DNA of 64,000 nt from NCBI GenBank assembly GCA_963729835.1, contig CAVSQF010000023.1, positions 155,739 through 219,738 of the forward strand, read 5' to 3'. Position 1 is the first letter of the stretch. Every line of letters starts with the position of its first letter. A program made the position numbers and the translations under genes. The notes beneath the pieces are model-generated. The model was not told the origin of the DNA, ran no database searches, and was given only the letters and a program-made list of their open reading frames with translations. The stretch comes from an uncultured delta proteobacterium. GTDB taxonomy: Bacteria; Desulfobacterota; Binatia; HRBIN30. Below, piece by piece: positions 16,508 to 25,438 of this stretch.

Positions 16508-18487
16508 CTACGGTGCGACGGCACTTGGTGCCGCGATCTCGGCTTGCTCCAGCTGCCCGTACAACGAGTCGATCTCCTGGCGCAGGCGCGCGTACTGGCT
16601 GAAAAGATCGTGTGGGTTGGCGTGCAGTTGGCGAAAGTCGGGGCGGTTGATCAGCTCCGTCAAGTTGCTCAGCGCCGCTTCTTTGTCGGCGATCGCCGCC
16701 TCGATCGCGGCGATCCGTTGCGCCCGCTGGCCGGCCTGACGCTGGCGCTGCCGTTCGGCGTCACGTTGGCGGCGCAGCGCCGCCGCAGTCTGCTCCGCGG
16801 TGAGCACGCGTACGGGGGGTTTCTGCAAGACGGGTTCGCGCGGGCTCGTCGTGGCCGCCGGTTGCACCGCCGCTTCCGTCCGCTTGCGCAGGTAGTCCTC
16901 GTAATTCCCCAGGTAACGCACGGCGGTGCCGGCGCCCACTTCGATGATCTCTTCCGGGAGGCGGTCCAGGATGTAGCGATCGTGGGCCACGAGGATGAGG
17001 GTGCCCTGAAAGCCGAGCAACGCATCGAGCAGCACTTCCTTCGCGTGGATGTCGAGATGATTCGTCGGCTCGTCGAGCAACAGGCAGTTAGCAGGGTGCA
17101 GGAGCAGCTTGGCGAGTGCCAGCCGGTTGCGCTCGCCGCCGCTGAGCACGCTGATGCGTTTGTCCACCGCCTCGCCGGAGAACAGGAAGGCGCCGAGGAG
17201 GTGCCGCACTTGCGGCACGAGGTCGAACGGCGCGGCACGCGTGATCTCGTCGAGCACCGTGCGCGTCGGGTCGAGCACCTGCGTCTGATCCTGCGCGAAG
17301 TAACCCAGAGTGACGTTGTGCCCGACGGTGCGTTCGCCACTGCTGAGCGGCTCGACGCCCGCCAACAGCTTCACCAATGTGGATTTGCCGGCGCCGTTTG
17401 GGCCGACGAGGGCGACTTTGCGGCCGCGCTCGATGGTGAGGTCGAGGTCGCGGTAGACCGCCAGATCACCGTACCACTTACTCGCGCCGCGCAGCTGCAG
17501 GACCGCGCGCCCACTGCGTGGCGGTTGGGGGAAGCGGAAGTGCACCGCCCGATAGCCTTCGGGAGGCTTGAGGCGCTCGATCTTGTCGAGCTGCTTGATG
17601 CGGCTTTGCACGAGGGCGGCCTTCGAGGCCTGATACCGAAACCGGCTGATGAAGCCCTGCAAGCGCTCGATCTCTTCTTGCTGCAGCCGGTACGCCTCGG
17701 TCTGGCGCTGCAGGCGCTCCTCACGCTCGACCAGGTAGCGGCTGTAGTTCGTCTGAAAGTCGGTGATAGTGCCGTGTGTCAATTCACTGATTTGGTGCAC
17801 GACGACGTCAAGGAAGTAGCGATCGTGAGCGACCACAATCACGCTGTGAGGATACGCGGAAAGAAACTCTTCCAGCCAGGTGCGCGCCTCGATGTCAAGG
17901 TGGTTGGTCGGCTCATCGAGCAGCAGCAGGTGTGGCCGCCGGAGGAGGAGGCGGGCCAAGGCCAAGCGCATCTGCCACCCACCGGAGAACTCGCTGCAGT
18001 CGCGATGCAGGTCGGTGCTGCGGAAGCCCAGCCCAGCGAGCACTTGTTCTGCCTGCGACTCGATGTCGTAACTGCCGCGCGCGTCCCACTCGCTGCGCAG
18101 CTGCGTGTATTGCGCCATGAGCGCGTCGTGCCGTGGATCGTCGAAGGGGACGTCGGCCAACTCGTGCTCGACACGCCGGCACTCCGCCTCCACTGCCCGG
18201 ATTTCCGCGAACGCTTCGAGGGCATGCTCGATGACCGTGCGCCCGCTGAGGCCGAACACTTCCTGTGGCAGGTAACCGACCGTGCAATCCCTCGGAACGA
18301 CGATGCTGCCGTCGTCCGGCTCGCCCTCACTGGCGATCAGGCGCAGCAGGGTTGATTTGCCGGATCCGTTTGCGCCGACGAGGCCGACACGGGCGCCGTC
18401 CGGCACAAACCAGTTCACGCCATCAAGCACGGTCTGGCCCCCGTAGCGCTTGCGCAGGTTGGTGATAGTGAGCACAACCTGGCACAT
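16508..18487 (-). CDS. ABC-F family ATPase (two ABC domains plus a C-terminal coiled coil, Uup-like)
   Basis: Two Walker A motifs (GANGSGKST, GPNGAGKST) and two signatures (LSGGWQMRLALA, LSGGERNRLALA). No TM domain. Confidence 0.9.
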   Translation of the reverse strand: MCQVVLTITNLRKRYGGQTVLDGVNWFVPDGARVGLVGANGSGKSTLLRLIASEGEPDDGSIVVPRDCTVGYLPQEVFGLSGRTVIEHALEAFAEIRAVEAECRRVEHELADVPFDDPRHDALMAQYTQLRSEWDARGSYDIESQAEQVLAGLGFRSTDLHRDCSEFSGGWQMRLALARLLLRRPHLLLLDEPTNHLDIEARTWLEEFLSAYPHSVIVVAHDRYFLDVVVHQISELTHGTITDFQTNYSRYLVEREERLQRQTEAYRLQQEEIERLQGFISRFRYQASKAALVQSRIKQLDKIERLKPPEGYRAVHFRFPQPPRSGRAVLQLRGASKWYGDLAVYRDLDLTIERGRKVALVGPNGAGKSTLVKLLAGVEPLSSGERTVGHNVTLGYFAQDQTQVLDPTRTVLDEITRAAPFDLVPQVRHLLGAFLFSGEAVDKRISVLSGGERNRLALAKLLLHPANCLLLDEPTNHLDIHAKEVLLDALLGFQGTLILVAHDRYILDRLPEEIIEVGAGTAVRYLGNYEDYLRKRTEAAVQPAATTSPREPVLQKPPVRVLTAEQTAAALRRQRDAERQRQRQAGQRAQRIAAIEAAIADKEAALSNLTELINRPDFRQLHANPHDLFSQYARLRQEIDSLYGQLEQAEIAAPSAVAP

Positions 18488-18813
18488 GTAGCCACGTGCC
18501 CCAACTGCTGCAAGCATCCGACACGGGCTGTCTTCTTTTCCGTATGCCTAACGAAAGCAGGCCGCGTACTTCGACACCAATGCGTTGCGTATGTGTTACA
18601 CGCACCTTCTGGCCGGGCCTCTCCACGATTGCCTTTCCGCCGCGCCCGCGCTAACAGGCTGTTGAAAGAGGCGGAGAGCACCCTTCGAGAGCCTCAGGGT
18701 GAGCGGAAAACTTCAATAGATTCAGGGAGAGGATCCGCTCATGCTGAGGCTCTCGAAGCATGGGGCGGGGTCTTTCAACGGGCTGCTAAGCGCGACGGCA
18801 AGGAGACGACAAC

Positions 18814-20070
18814 ATGATCGAGTGGGGTGAGCAACACCTGATGATCCAAGACATGGTCCGCAAGTTCGTTGTGGCCGAGATTGTTCCCAATCTCGAGCAG
18901 CTCGAGCATGGCGACCTGCCGCCGTACGGCGTGATGCGCAAGTTGGTCGACACCTTCGGCCTCGCCGAGGCCGCACGCATGCGGTACGACGTGGAGAAGA
19001 CGCAAGCGCTCGCCGCGGAAGCGGCACAAGCCAGGGGGGGAACGCTTCCACCAAAGAAGGAACGCGGCGCGGATCCGAATGCCGCCGATCTGGTCGCCAT
19101 GCAACTCGTTCCGATCATCGAGCTCTCCAAGTACTGCCCCGGTTTGGTCACGGCCATGGGGGTGAGCATGGGCCTCACGGCCGGCGCCATCATGGGGAAG
19201 GGCACGTGGGCCCAGAAGGATCGCTGGGCGCTGCCGCTGCTGACGTTGGAGAAGATCGGCGCGTGGGCGATCACCGAAGCCGGCGCCGGCTCCGACGCCT
19301 TCGGCGCCATGAAGGCCACCGCGCGCCGCGACGGCGACGACTACCTCTTAAATGGGTCGAAGACCTTCATCACCAACGGGCCGTACGCCGACACTATCGT
19401 CTTCATCTGCAAACTCGATCGTGGCGAGACCGACCCGCGCGACCGCCAGGTGGTGAGCTTCATCCTCGACAAAGGGATGGAAGGCCTCACGCAGTCGAAG
19501 CCGCTGCGCAAGATGGGCCTGCATTCGTCGCCCACCGGTGAGCTGTTCCTCGACAACGTGCGCGCCGGACGCGAGCGGCTGATCGGGGAAACCGAACACG
19601 CCGCGGGCGGACGCGAAGGCGCCAAGATGACCTTCGGAGCGGAGCGGGCCGGCGTGGTCGCGATGGCCTACGGCATCGTCGAGCGCTGCGTCGAGCTGTG
19701 CACCGAGTATGCGCGCACGCGGGTGCAGTTCGGCAAACCGATCGGCGAGTTCCAGCTCATCCAACTGAAGCTGGCCAAGATGCAGGTGGCGCGGATCAAC
19801 CTGCGGAATATGCTCTTTCGTCAGATCGAATTGGTTGGACAAGGCAAACACCCTTCCTTCGCCGAAGCCTCGGCGAGCAAGCTCTACGCCGCGCAAGCCA
19901 CGATGGAAGTGTGCCTCGAAGCCGTACAGCTGTTCGGCGGTAACGGCTACATGGCCGAGTACCAGGTCGAGCAACTCTGCCGCGACGCCAAAGCCATGCA
20001 GATCTACGGCGGCACGGATGAGATCCAAACGTCGCAGATCGCGCGCAGCATGCTGGCCGGCGAAGCGTAG
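18814..20070 (+). CDS. Acyl-CoA dehydrogenase
   Basis: WAITEAGAGSDAF, NGSKTFITNG, QLFGGNGYMAEYQVEQLCRDAK, IYGGTDEIQ. AAGGAG lies upstream. Confidence 0.9.
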   Translation: MIEWGEQHLMIQDMVRKFVVAEIVPNLEQLEHGDLPPYGVMRKLVDTFGLAEAARMRYDVEKTQALAAEAAQARGGTLPPKKERGADPNAADLVAMQLVPIIELSKYCPGLVTAMGVSMGLTAGAIMGKGTWAQKDRWALPLLTLEKIGAWAITEAGAGSDAFGAMKATARRDGDDYLLNGSKTFITNGPYADTIVFICKLDRGETDPRDRQVVSFILDKGMEGLTQSKPLRKMGLHSSPTGELFLDNVRAGRERLIGETEHAAGGREGAKMTFGAERAGVVAMAYGIVERCVELCTEYARTRVQFGKPIGEFQLIQLKLAKMQVARINLRNMLFRQIELVGQGKHPSFAEASASKLYAAQATMEVCLEAVQLFGGNGYMAEYQVEQLCRDAKAMQIYGGTDEIQTSQIARSMLAGEA

Positions 20071-20422
20071 CCGTCGCCCTTCTCGCACGCTAGCGGCAAT
20101 GCGTGTGAGATAAGGATTCCCGCCCTCGGGTACGGTCCATACGCCATTGCCCTTGATGATGCTGTAATGCTCCATCTCCAGCACGGTGGGCCCGGTCGGA
20201 CCAGACGGCGCCGAACAGCTCGGGAAGGGCACTGGCAAATCGTTCAGACGGCCGCTTCGCAAGCATCCGGCGCGCAGCGCTCGACGGGCAACTTGCCTTA
20301 CATGATCTATAGAAACTAATGGTGATTACGGACCCCGAGGCTGACGGCGATCTCGAGCACGGCAATCGCTCACTCAAGCATAAGGGAACGGGGGCACGTA
20401 GCCGCTGGAAACGCGGAAGTGG

Positions 20423-20462
20423 GGCGTGATCCGTTTGCCGATGCAGGGTTGCGGATCACGCC
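20423..20462 (-). terminator. Hairpin immediately downstream of the MaoC-like gene (possible intrinsic terminator without a U-tract)
   Basis: An 11-bp perfect stem (20423-20433 with 20452-20462) and an 18-nt loop, 8 nt after the stop at 20470. No T-run follows. Confidence 0.3.
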
Positions 20463-20469
20463 GCACGCA

Positions 20470-21315
20470 TCACGCCTTGTACGTCGCCTTCGCCTGCGAC
20501 AGCACCACGTTGCCTTTCTGCGTTTCGGCTTGCACGATGACTTCGCCGGGCTTGGTGCGCCACATCTTGGTGATGATCGTATCGCCGGCATAGACCTGAT
20601 CCGCGAAGCGCGCCTCCAAGGACCCGAACCGTGCCGGGTCGCCACCGCACAAGGCTTGCAGGATGGCGCGACCGACGAAACCGTAGGTGCACAGCCCGTG
20701 GATGAACGGCTTCTCGAACCCGGCCATCTTCGCGAAGTCGGGATCGATGTGCAGCGGATTGCGGTCGCCGGAGAGGCGATAGATCGCCGCCTGCTCGGGG
20801 CGCGTGACGTCTTGCACGACGTGATCGGGCGCGCGGTCCGGCGGCTGGTTCAGCCCCACCGTCGACGGCCCGCGGTCGCCGCCGAAGCCACCCGCGCCGC
20901 GGACGAACAGCGTGGCTTTGGTCGTCGCCAGCGGTCCCTTGTCGTCCTCGATGATGCCTTCGGCGCCGAGCACCGCCGCCTTGCCTTTGTCCCACACTTC
21001 GACGATGCGCCCGATGACGCGGGCATTGGCTTCTGATGGAAGCTCCCGATGCAGCGTAATCGACTGCTCGCCGTGCAGCAGCATCGCCAGGTTGATCTCG
21101 ACGTTGTTGATCAATCCGGTCATCGAGAACATCCCGGGGATGACAGCATACGTCGGCAGCACCTTCGGTCCCCTACCTTCGTAGACGTACTCCAGCTCGG
21201 TCTCGGGCTTGGCGCCCACGCCCAATGCATACAGCATGATGTCCTTCGCGTCCCAGGAGACTGAAACGGGGTCGAAGGTCATGCCTACCAGATCCTTCGA
21301 AATTGGTTTGGCCAT
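20470..21315 (-). CDS. MaoC-like (R)-specific enoyl-CoA hydratase, double hot-dog
   Basis: Resembles the hydratase-2 domain of MFE-2: YALGVGA, LHGEQSITLHRELP, IYRLSGDRNPLHIDPDFA, FEKPFIHGLCTYG. Start at ATG 21315. Confidence 0.8.
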   Translation of the reverse strand: MAKPISKDLVGMTFDPVSVSWDAKDIMLYALGVGAKPETELEYVYEGRGPKVLPTYAVIPGMFSMTGLINNVEINLAMLLHGEQSITLHRELPSEANARVIGRIVEVWDKGKAAVLGAEGIIEDDKGPLATTKATLFVRGAGGFGGDRGPSTVGLNQPPDRAPDHVVQDVTRPEQAAIYRLSGDRNPLHIDPDFAKMAGFEKPFIHGLCTYGFVGRAILQALCGGDPARFGSLEARFADQVYAGDTIITKMWRTKPGEVIVQAETQKGNVVLSQAKATYKA

Positions 21316-21346
21316 GGTCACCTTCTCGACAAAGTCCACGCTAGAG

Positions 21347-21673
21347 TCAAGCACCCCCACCTTTGAGCAGGAGGAGCAGCATGGTAGTGGGCGTCTTTGC
21401 CTGGACGCTGTGCTGCAGCTGCGCCGGCATGTGCACCCAGGTGCCCGGCCCCGCCTCGACCGAATCGCCACCGAGTGTCAGGCGCGCGTTGCCGCGCACG
21501 ATTTGCAGAACCGCCGGCATCGAGGCGGTGTGCTCCGAGAGCTCCTGACCGGCAGCGAAGGCGAAGAGGACGACTTTCACCCGCTCGTCGTTGTAGAGCG
21601 TGCGGCTCAGAATGCCGTCGGCTGGGATATCCTGCGCTGCGAGATCAGGGACCAGCGTGTAGGTGCGCTCCAT
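21347..21673 (-). CDS. Cupin-domain protein
   Basis: VVLFAFAAGQELSEHTASMPAVLQIVRGNARLTLGG...AGPGTWVHMPAQLQHSV is a cupin beta-barrel pattern. It lies 31 nt upstream of the MaoC-like gene. Confidence 0.7.
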   Translation of the reverse strand: MERTYTLVPDLAAQDIPADGILSRTLYNDERVKVVLFAFAAGQELSEHTASMPAVLQIVRGNARLTLGGDSVEAGPGTWVHMPAQLQHSVQAKTPTTMLLLLLKGGGA

Positions 21674-22126
21674 GCTCTGTACCTCCTGGACCTGCAGCGA
21701 CACATCATAGCACACCGCCGCCCAGGGTTGGGCGGCATCCGGACGCCGCCCGGCAAGGCGAAAAGGGTCGCGCCTTGCCGGGCGGGTGTTGGGGGGGCCC
21801 GGAGCTCAATATCAGCGGTCGGGTTTCTTGTGCGGCCGTGGCGTACCTTTCGGCCGCCGGATCACCGCTTGCGAATCAGAAGCGCCACTGCTGGGGCGGC
21901 GCAAGGCCACGACCATGTTCCACCGTTTGTCCGCCTTCGACCACTTCCCCATCGCAATCAGTTGCATCCTCCACCTCACAACCAATGACCGAGGGAAGCG
22001 AAGGCAACAGACATGCCAACCCCGGCCACAGCGGGTGGCGCCCTTGCGGGCGATTCGCCGCACAATTCCGTGCGCTGCCGGCGGAGATTTGTGCACGCTC
22101 CCGTGCGCCGCGCCGCGTGTGCCGCC

Positions 22127-22870
22127 TCACTTCGCCGGGGCGCGTGGTGACCACATCTTGCGGCGCGTCGTCGTCTCCCCAGGGTTGCGTCCGAAGGCGG
22201 GCCGAGGCGGCCGCTCCGCCGCGGCGGGGGTTTTGTCGGGATACGGGCAGAGGTCGGCGATCACGCACGCGGGGCAAGTCGGCTTGCGCGCCATGCAGAT
22301 GCGGCGGCCGTGAAACTGCAGCAGATGGCAGAAGTGCGTCCACTCCTTGCGCGGCACGACGCTGGCGAGGTCGTTCTCGATCTTGTCCGGATCGGTTTGG
22401 GTGGTCAACCAGAGCCGTTGCGACAAACGCATCACGTGCGTGTCCACGCCGATCGCCGGTTGTCCGAAAGCGTTGCCGAGCACGATGTTCGCGGTCTTGC
22501 GGCCCACACCGGGCAGCGACGTCAGCTCTTCGAGCGTCTTCGGCACCTGACCACCAAAGCGCTCGATCAGCTGCTGGCAGCAGCGCTGGATGGCTTTGGT
22601 CTTGTTCCGAAAGAAGCCCGTCGGCCGGATATCTGCTTCCAGCTCGGCGGCGGGAACGCGCACATACTCGCGCGGCGTCGGATACTTCTTGAACAGAAAC
22701 GAGCCGGTGATGTGGTTCACCTTCTCATCCGTACACTGTGCCGCCAGGATCAACGCGATGAGCAGCTCGAACGGCGAGGAGAAGTTGAGGGCGAGCCGCG
22801 CATCGGGATGCGCCTTTTTCAGGCGAGCAATGATCTGTGTGACGCGTTGGCTGACGGCAACTGGCTGCAT
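22127..22870 (-). CDS. nth: Endonuclease III
   Basis: HhH-GPD LPGVGRKTANIVL, catalytic region GVDTHV, and the 4Fe-4S loop CMARKPTCPACVIADLCPY. About 40 aa of basic C-terminal extension. Confidence 0.92.
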   Translation of the reverse strand: MQPVAVSQRVTQIIARLKKAHPDARLALNFSSPFELLIALILAAQCTDEKVNHITGSFLFKKYPTPREYVRVPAAELEADIRPTGFFRNKTKAIQRCCQQLIERFGGQVPKTLEELTSLPGVGRKTANIVLGNAFGQPAIGVDTHVMRLSQRLWLTTQTDPDKIENDLASVVPRKEWTHFCHLLQFHGRRICMARKPTCPACVIADLCPYPDKTPAAAERPPRPAFGRNPGETTTRRKMWSPRAPAK

Positions 22871-23151
22871 AGCGATATCGAGAAGCGACGCGTGATGTAC
22901 GATTGGGCGCCGGATGTTCCGTTTCTCAACGCCTCACGGATCATTCATCACCCGTGGAAAACTGTACTAAAGGACGCCTCGGCAAGCAACGCGCCGGATC
23001 TCGCCATCCCCGCCGCGCTTGACAGGGGCGCCGGAGCCAGTAGGATCGGCACCATGACTGCCTACCCGGTCGTTTACGGTCTCCGTTCTAACCGACCGGC
23101 AAACTCTAACATGGCCTGAGAGAATAGCTGGCCGCCATATAGCCGTAAAAG

Positions 23152-23550
23152 ATGATCACACGAACACGATTTGTCGGCCTTCTTGCGGTGCTCGGCATGC
23201 TCGCCATCGTGGTGATGGCATTGCACCACCCGCGGGCGGAGGAGGTAGAGGAAAGCGAGCCACCCGCCGTCAGCGAGTCCGATGTGCAGCTATACATCAA
23301 GGTCTACAGCGCGATGCAGGAAGACCATGATCTGACGATCGACAACGCCATCAAACCGTATCAGATCTCGCTCGACGATTTTCGGCAGATCGAGCGCCGC
23401 ATCCAGAACCAGGCGCGGCTGGTCGATCGCGTCCGGCAGGCGTTATTGGAGCACGCGAAGACCCATTCGGTGTTCGCGCAGGCAGTTGGGACTCCGAGTC
23501 CGACGCCCACACCGCCGGAGCAGGGAACACGTGGGACGAAGAAAAAGTGA
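23152..23550 (+). CDS. Hypothetical protein with an N-terminal TM anchor
   Basis: ITRTRFVGLLAVLGMLAIVVMAL followed by a charged helical region. No family recognised. Confidence 0.5.
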   Translation: MITRTRFVGLLAVLGMLAIVVMALHHPRAEEVEESEPPAVSESDVQLYIKVYSAMQEDHDLTIDNAIKPYQISLDDFRQIERRIQNQARLVDRVRQALLEHAKTHSVFAQAVGTPSPTPTPPEQGTRGTKKK

Positions 23551-23660
23551 GGGCTGCGCCCGGCGTACGTGCGGCGGGTCCGCTCCCGTTGGTCGCTGCA
23601 AACGTCTACGGGGGGCTGCCCATCACGTACCCGGCGCCCGATTTGATCACAAGCTCTGAG
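23551..23660 (+). repeat. Copy B of the approximately 110-nt intergenic element
   Basis: See 6109-6219. It also begins at the first base after a TGA stop. Confidence 0.7.
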
Positions 23661-23689
23661 ATGTGCTCCGTATTGCTCTTTGCGCCCGC

Positions 23690-23905
23690 ATGTTCGTCGA
23701 TGTGACCTGCAAGAAGTGCGGCGGCCGGCAACGGGTTGATATCGGCGCGCCGGGTGCGGGGCAGTCCGTCGAAGATTTCTTGCGGTTGCTCATGGATCGG
23801 CTCGCGCACCAGCCGAGCTTCGAATGCTTCGGCGGCCATCTCGAATTGGCGCCGCCGTTGCCGCGCTTCTGGGATGTCCACTGGGACACGTTGAGCCAGT
23901 GCTGA
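23690..23905 (+). CDS. Small hypothetical protein
   Basis: MFVDVTCKKCGGRQRVDIG... No family recognised. The start is uncertain (GTG 23663 or ATG 23690). Confidence 0.35.
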   Translation: MFVDVTCKKCGGRQRVDIGAPGAGQSVEDFLRLLMDRLAHQPSFECFGGHLELAPPLPRFWDVHWDTLSQC

Positions 23906-24004
23906 GCGAACGTGTGGTTGCCGAATGTGCTCGCCGGTGCCGGATCATCGTCGGCGTACGTCCTTGGACTTCCCGACGCGTCCCACGACCGTGAACAGCT
24001 CGCT

Positions 24005-24454
24005 TTACCGAGCCGGTTTCGCCGGCGGCGCAGCGAGAGCCGTGCCGGTTTGCGAGCCGATCCAGACCGCGCCGTCCTCGTAGTGCTCCTTCTTCCAGAT
24101 CGGCACGCTCTCCTTCAGACGATCGATGGCGAACCGGCAGGCGGCGAACGCGGCGCCCCGGTGCACGGCGGACACAGCGATAACCACGCTCGCCTCACCG
24201 GTCGGGACCACCCCGACGCGATGCACGATGGCGATGCGCGCGATCGGCCAGCGCTGCCGCGTCGTCTCGCCGATCTTGCGCATCTGCGCCAGCGCCATCT
24301 CCGGATAGGCTTCGTACTCCAGTTGTGTGACTCGCCGCCCCCCGTTGTGATCGCGCGTCGTGCCGATGAAGGTCACGGTCGCGCCGGTCGCGGCGTCGGC
24401 CACCGCCGCCGTGACGGCCGTCACGTCAATCGGCTGCGTGACGATGTCGTACAT
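24005..24454 (-). CDS. moaE: Molybdopterin synthase catalytic subunit
   Basis: GATVTFIGTTRDHNGGRRV, LEYEAYPEMA, IAIVHRVG, VPIWKKE. Confidence 0.9.
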   Translation of the reverse strand: MYDIVTQPIDVTAVTAAVADAATGATVTFIGTTRDHNGGRRVTQLEYEAYPEMALAQMRKIGETTRQRWPIARIAIVHRVGVVPTGEASVVIAVSAVHRGAAFAACRFAIDRLKESVPIWKKEHYEDGAVWIGSQTGTALAAPPAKPAR

Positions 24455-24710
24455 GACTGCCTCCGCTCACCGGCGGGATCAACGCGACTTCATCGTTGTG
24501 CGCCAGCCGATGATCGCGGTCGGCGTACTCCCGGTTGACGGCAAACGCGATCGCCGGACCGAGCGTGACCAGCTGTGGATACGCCGCACACAGCGCGTTC
24601 CACAAATCGCTCACGGTGGCGCGCTCCGGCAGCGTCCATTCCGCCTCGCTGCAGCGGAGACGTTCGCGCAAAGAGGCGAAGAAGCGCAGCTGCACGATCA
24701 CCGGCGTCAC
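24426..24710 (-). CDS. moaD: Molybdopterin synthase sulfur-carrier subunit with a 10-aa extension after the GG motif
   Basis: FFASLRE ... DEVALIPPVSGG followed by SHVRHRHAAD before the stop. Overlaps the moaE start. Confidence 0.8.
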   Translation of the reverse strand: MTPVIVQLRFFASLRERLRCSEAEWTLPERATVSDLWNALCAAYPQLVTLGPAIAFAVNREYADRDHRLAHNDEVALIPPVSGGSHVRHRHAAD

Positions 24711-25204
24711 CCGCGCACCAGGGCGGCGACGTGCCCGAGCTCCGGCAAGATCAATTTCGTCATGGCCAACTCCACGGCCGCGGTGGAACCCGGCAGCGAA
24801 AACACCACGTGGTTGCGCACGACGCCGGCGGTGGCGCGGCTCAGCATGGCGGCGGAGCCGATCTGCTGGTAGCTGAGCATGCGGAACAGCTCGCCGAACC
24901 CGGTCATCTCCTTGTCGAGCAGCCGGCTGACCGCTTCGAAGGTGGTATCGCGGTGCGCCAGGCCCGTTCCGCCGTTGATGATGATGACCTCGGCGGCTTC
25001 GGGCACCGAGCGCAGCGCGGCGGCAATCAGCCCCGGGTCATCCTTGAGAAGCTGATAGTGCTCGACCGAATGACCATGGGTGCCCAGCAATTCTTGGATG
25101 CGGCGGCCGCTGCTGTCGTTCTCCGCGGTCCGTGTATCACTCACGGTGATAACCGCGCAGCGCACGCGACGCCCGTGGTGCTGCTGGTGTGGGTGCTGGC
25201 TCAT
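24707..25204 (-). CDS. moaB: Molybdenum cofactor biosynthesis protein B (MoaB/MogA fold)
   Basis: AVITVSDTR, IINGGTGLAHRDTT, FSLPGSTAAV. Start at ATG 25204. Confidence 0.85.
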   Translation of the reverse strand: MSQHPHQQHHGRRVRCAVITVSDTRTAENDSSGRRIQELLGTHGHSVEHYQLLKDDPGLIAAALRSVPEAAEVIIINGGTGLAHRDTTFEAVSRLLDKEMTGFGELFRMLSYQQIGSAAMLSRATAGVVRNHVVFSLPGSTAAVELAMTKLILPELGHVAALVRG

Positions 25205-25309
25205 GCACGTACACCATAACTCCGTCCTCGCCGTCGCGCAAAACCGACCTATCAGGCTTGCATTCCCGCTCGTGACGCGCCAAGTTTCAGCTCGGCGCTG
25301 TGGGGTTAA

Positions 25310-25438
25310 CGAGTTCTGTACGACGCCCAGGACGAAATCGAGCGGAAGAAGGGATCGCTGATCAGCGACGTCGAAGCCAAGTTGCAGCAGCGGGTCACGG
25401 CCGAGGAGCTGTTCGCGATCCGGTGGGAGGTACGATGA
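25310..25438 (+). pseudogene. Orphan 42-codon 3' remnant resembling the C-terminal tail of large restriction/defence-type helicases
   Basis: RVLYDAQDEIERKKGSLISDVEAKLQQRVTAEELFAIRWEVR* begins right after an in-frame TAA. Its TGA overlaps the ATG of the next gene (ATGA). Family recognition is from memory only. Confidence 0.35.

Noticed and set aside
16343-18355. 670-aa plus-strand ORF
   Set aside because: It is antisense to the ABC-F gene, and no motifs were recognised.
20071-20422. Small ORF MEHYSIIKGNGVWTVPEGGNPYL... on the minus strand of the 400-nt gap after the acyl-CoA dehydrogenase gene
   Set aside because: It has a faint DUF2188-like flavour, but the frame runs on antisense into the dehydrogenase gene with no sensible end. 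At most it is a remnant.
21397-22692. 431-aa plus-strand ORF spanning the cupin gene, the gap and nth
   Set aside because: It is extremely Arg/Pro/Ala/Cys-rich, overlaps three confident minus-strand features and has no motifs.
25205-25309. Moco riboswitch in the leader of the moaB-moaD-moaE operon
   Set aside because: Only about 100 nt are available before the island boundary, and I could not match the conserved Moco-motif blocks with confidence. This needs an Infernal/Rfam scan.
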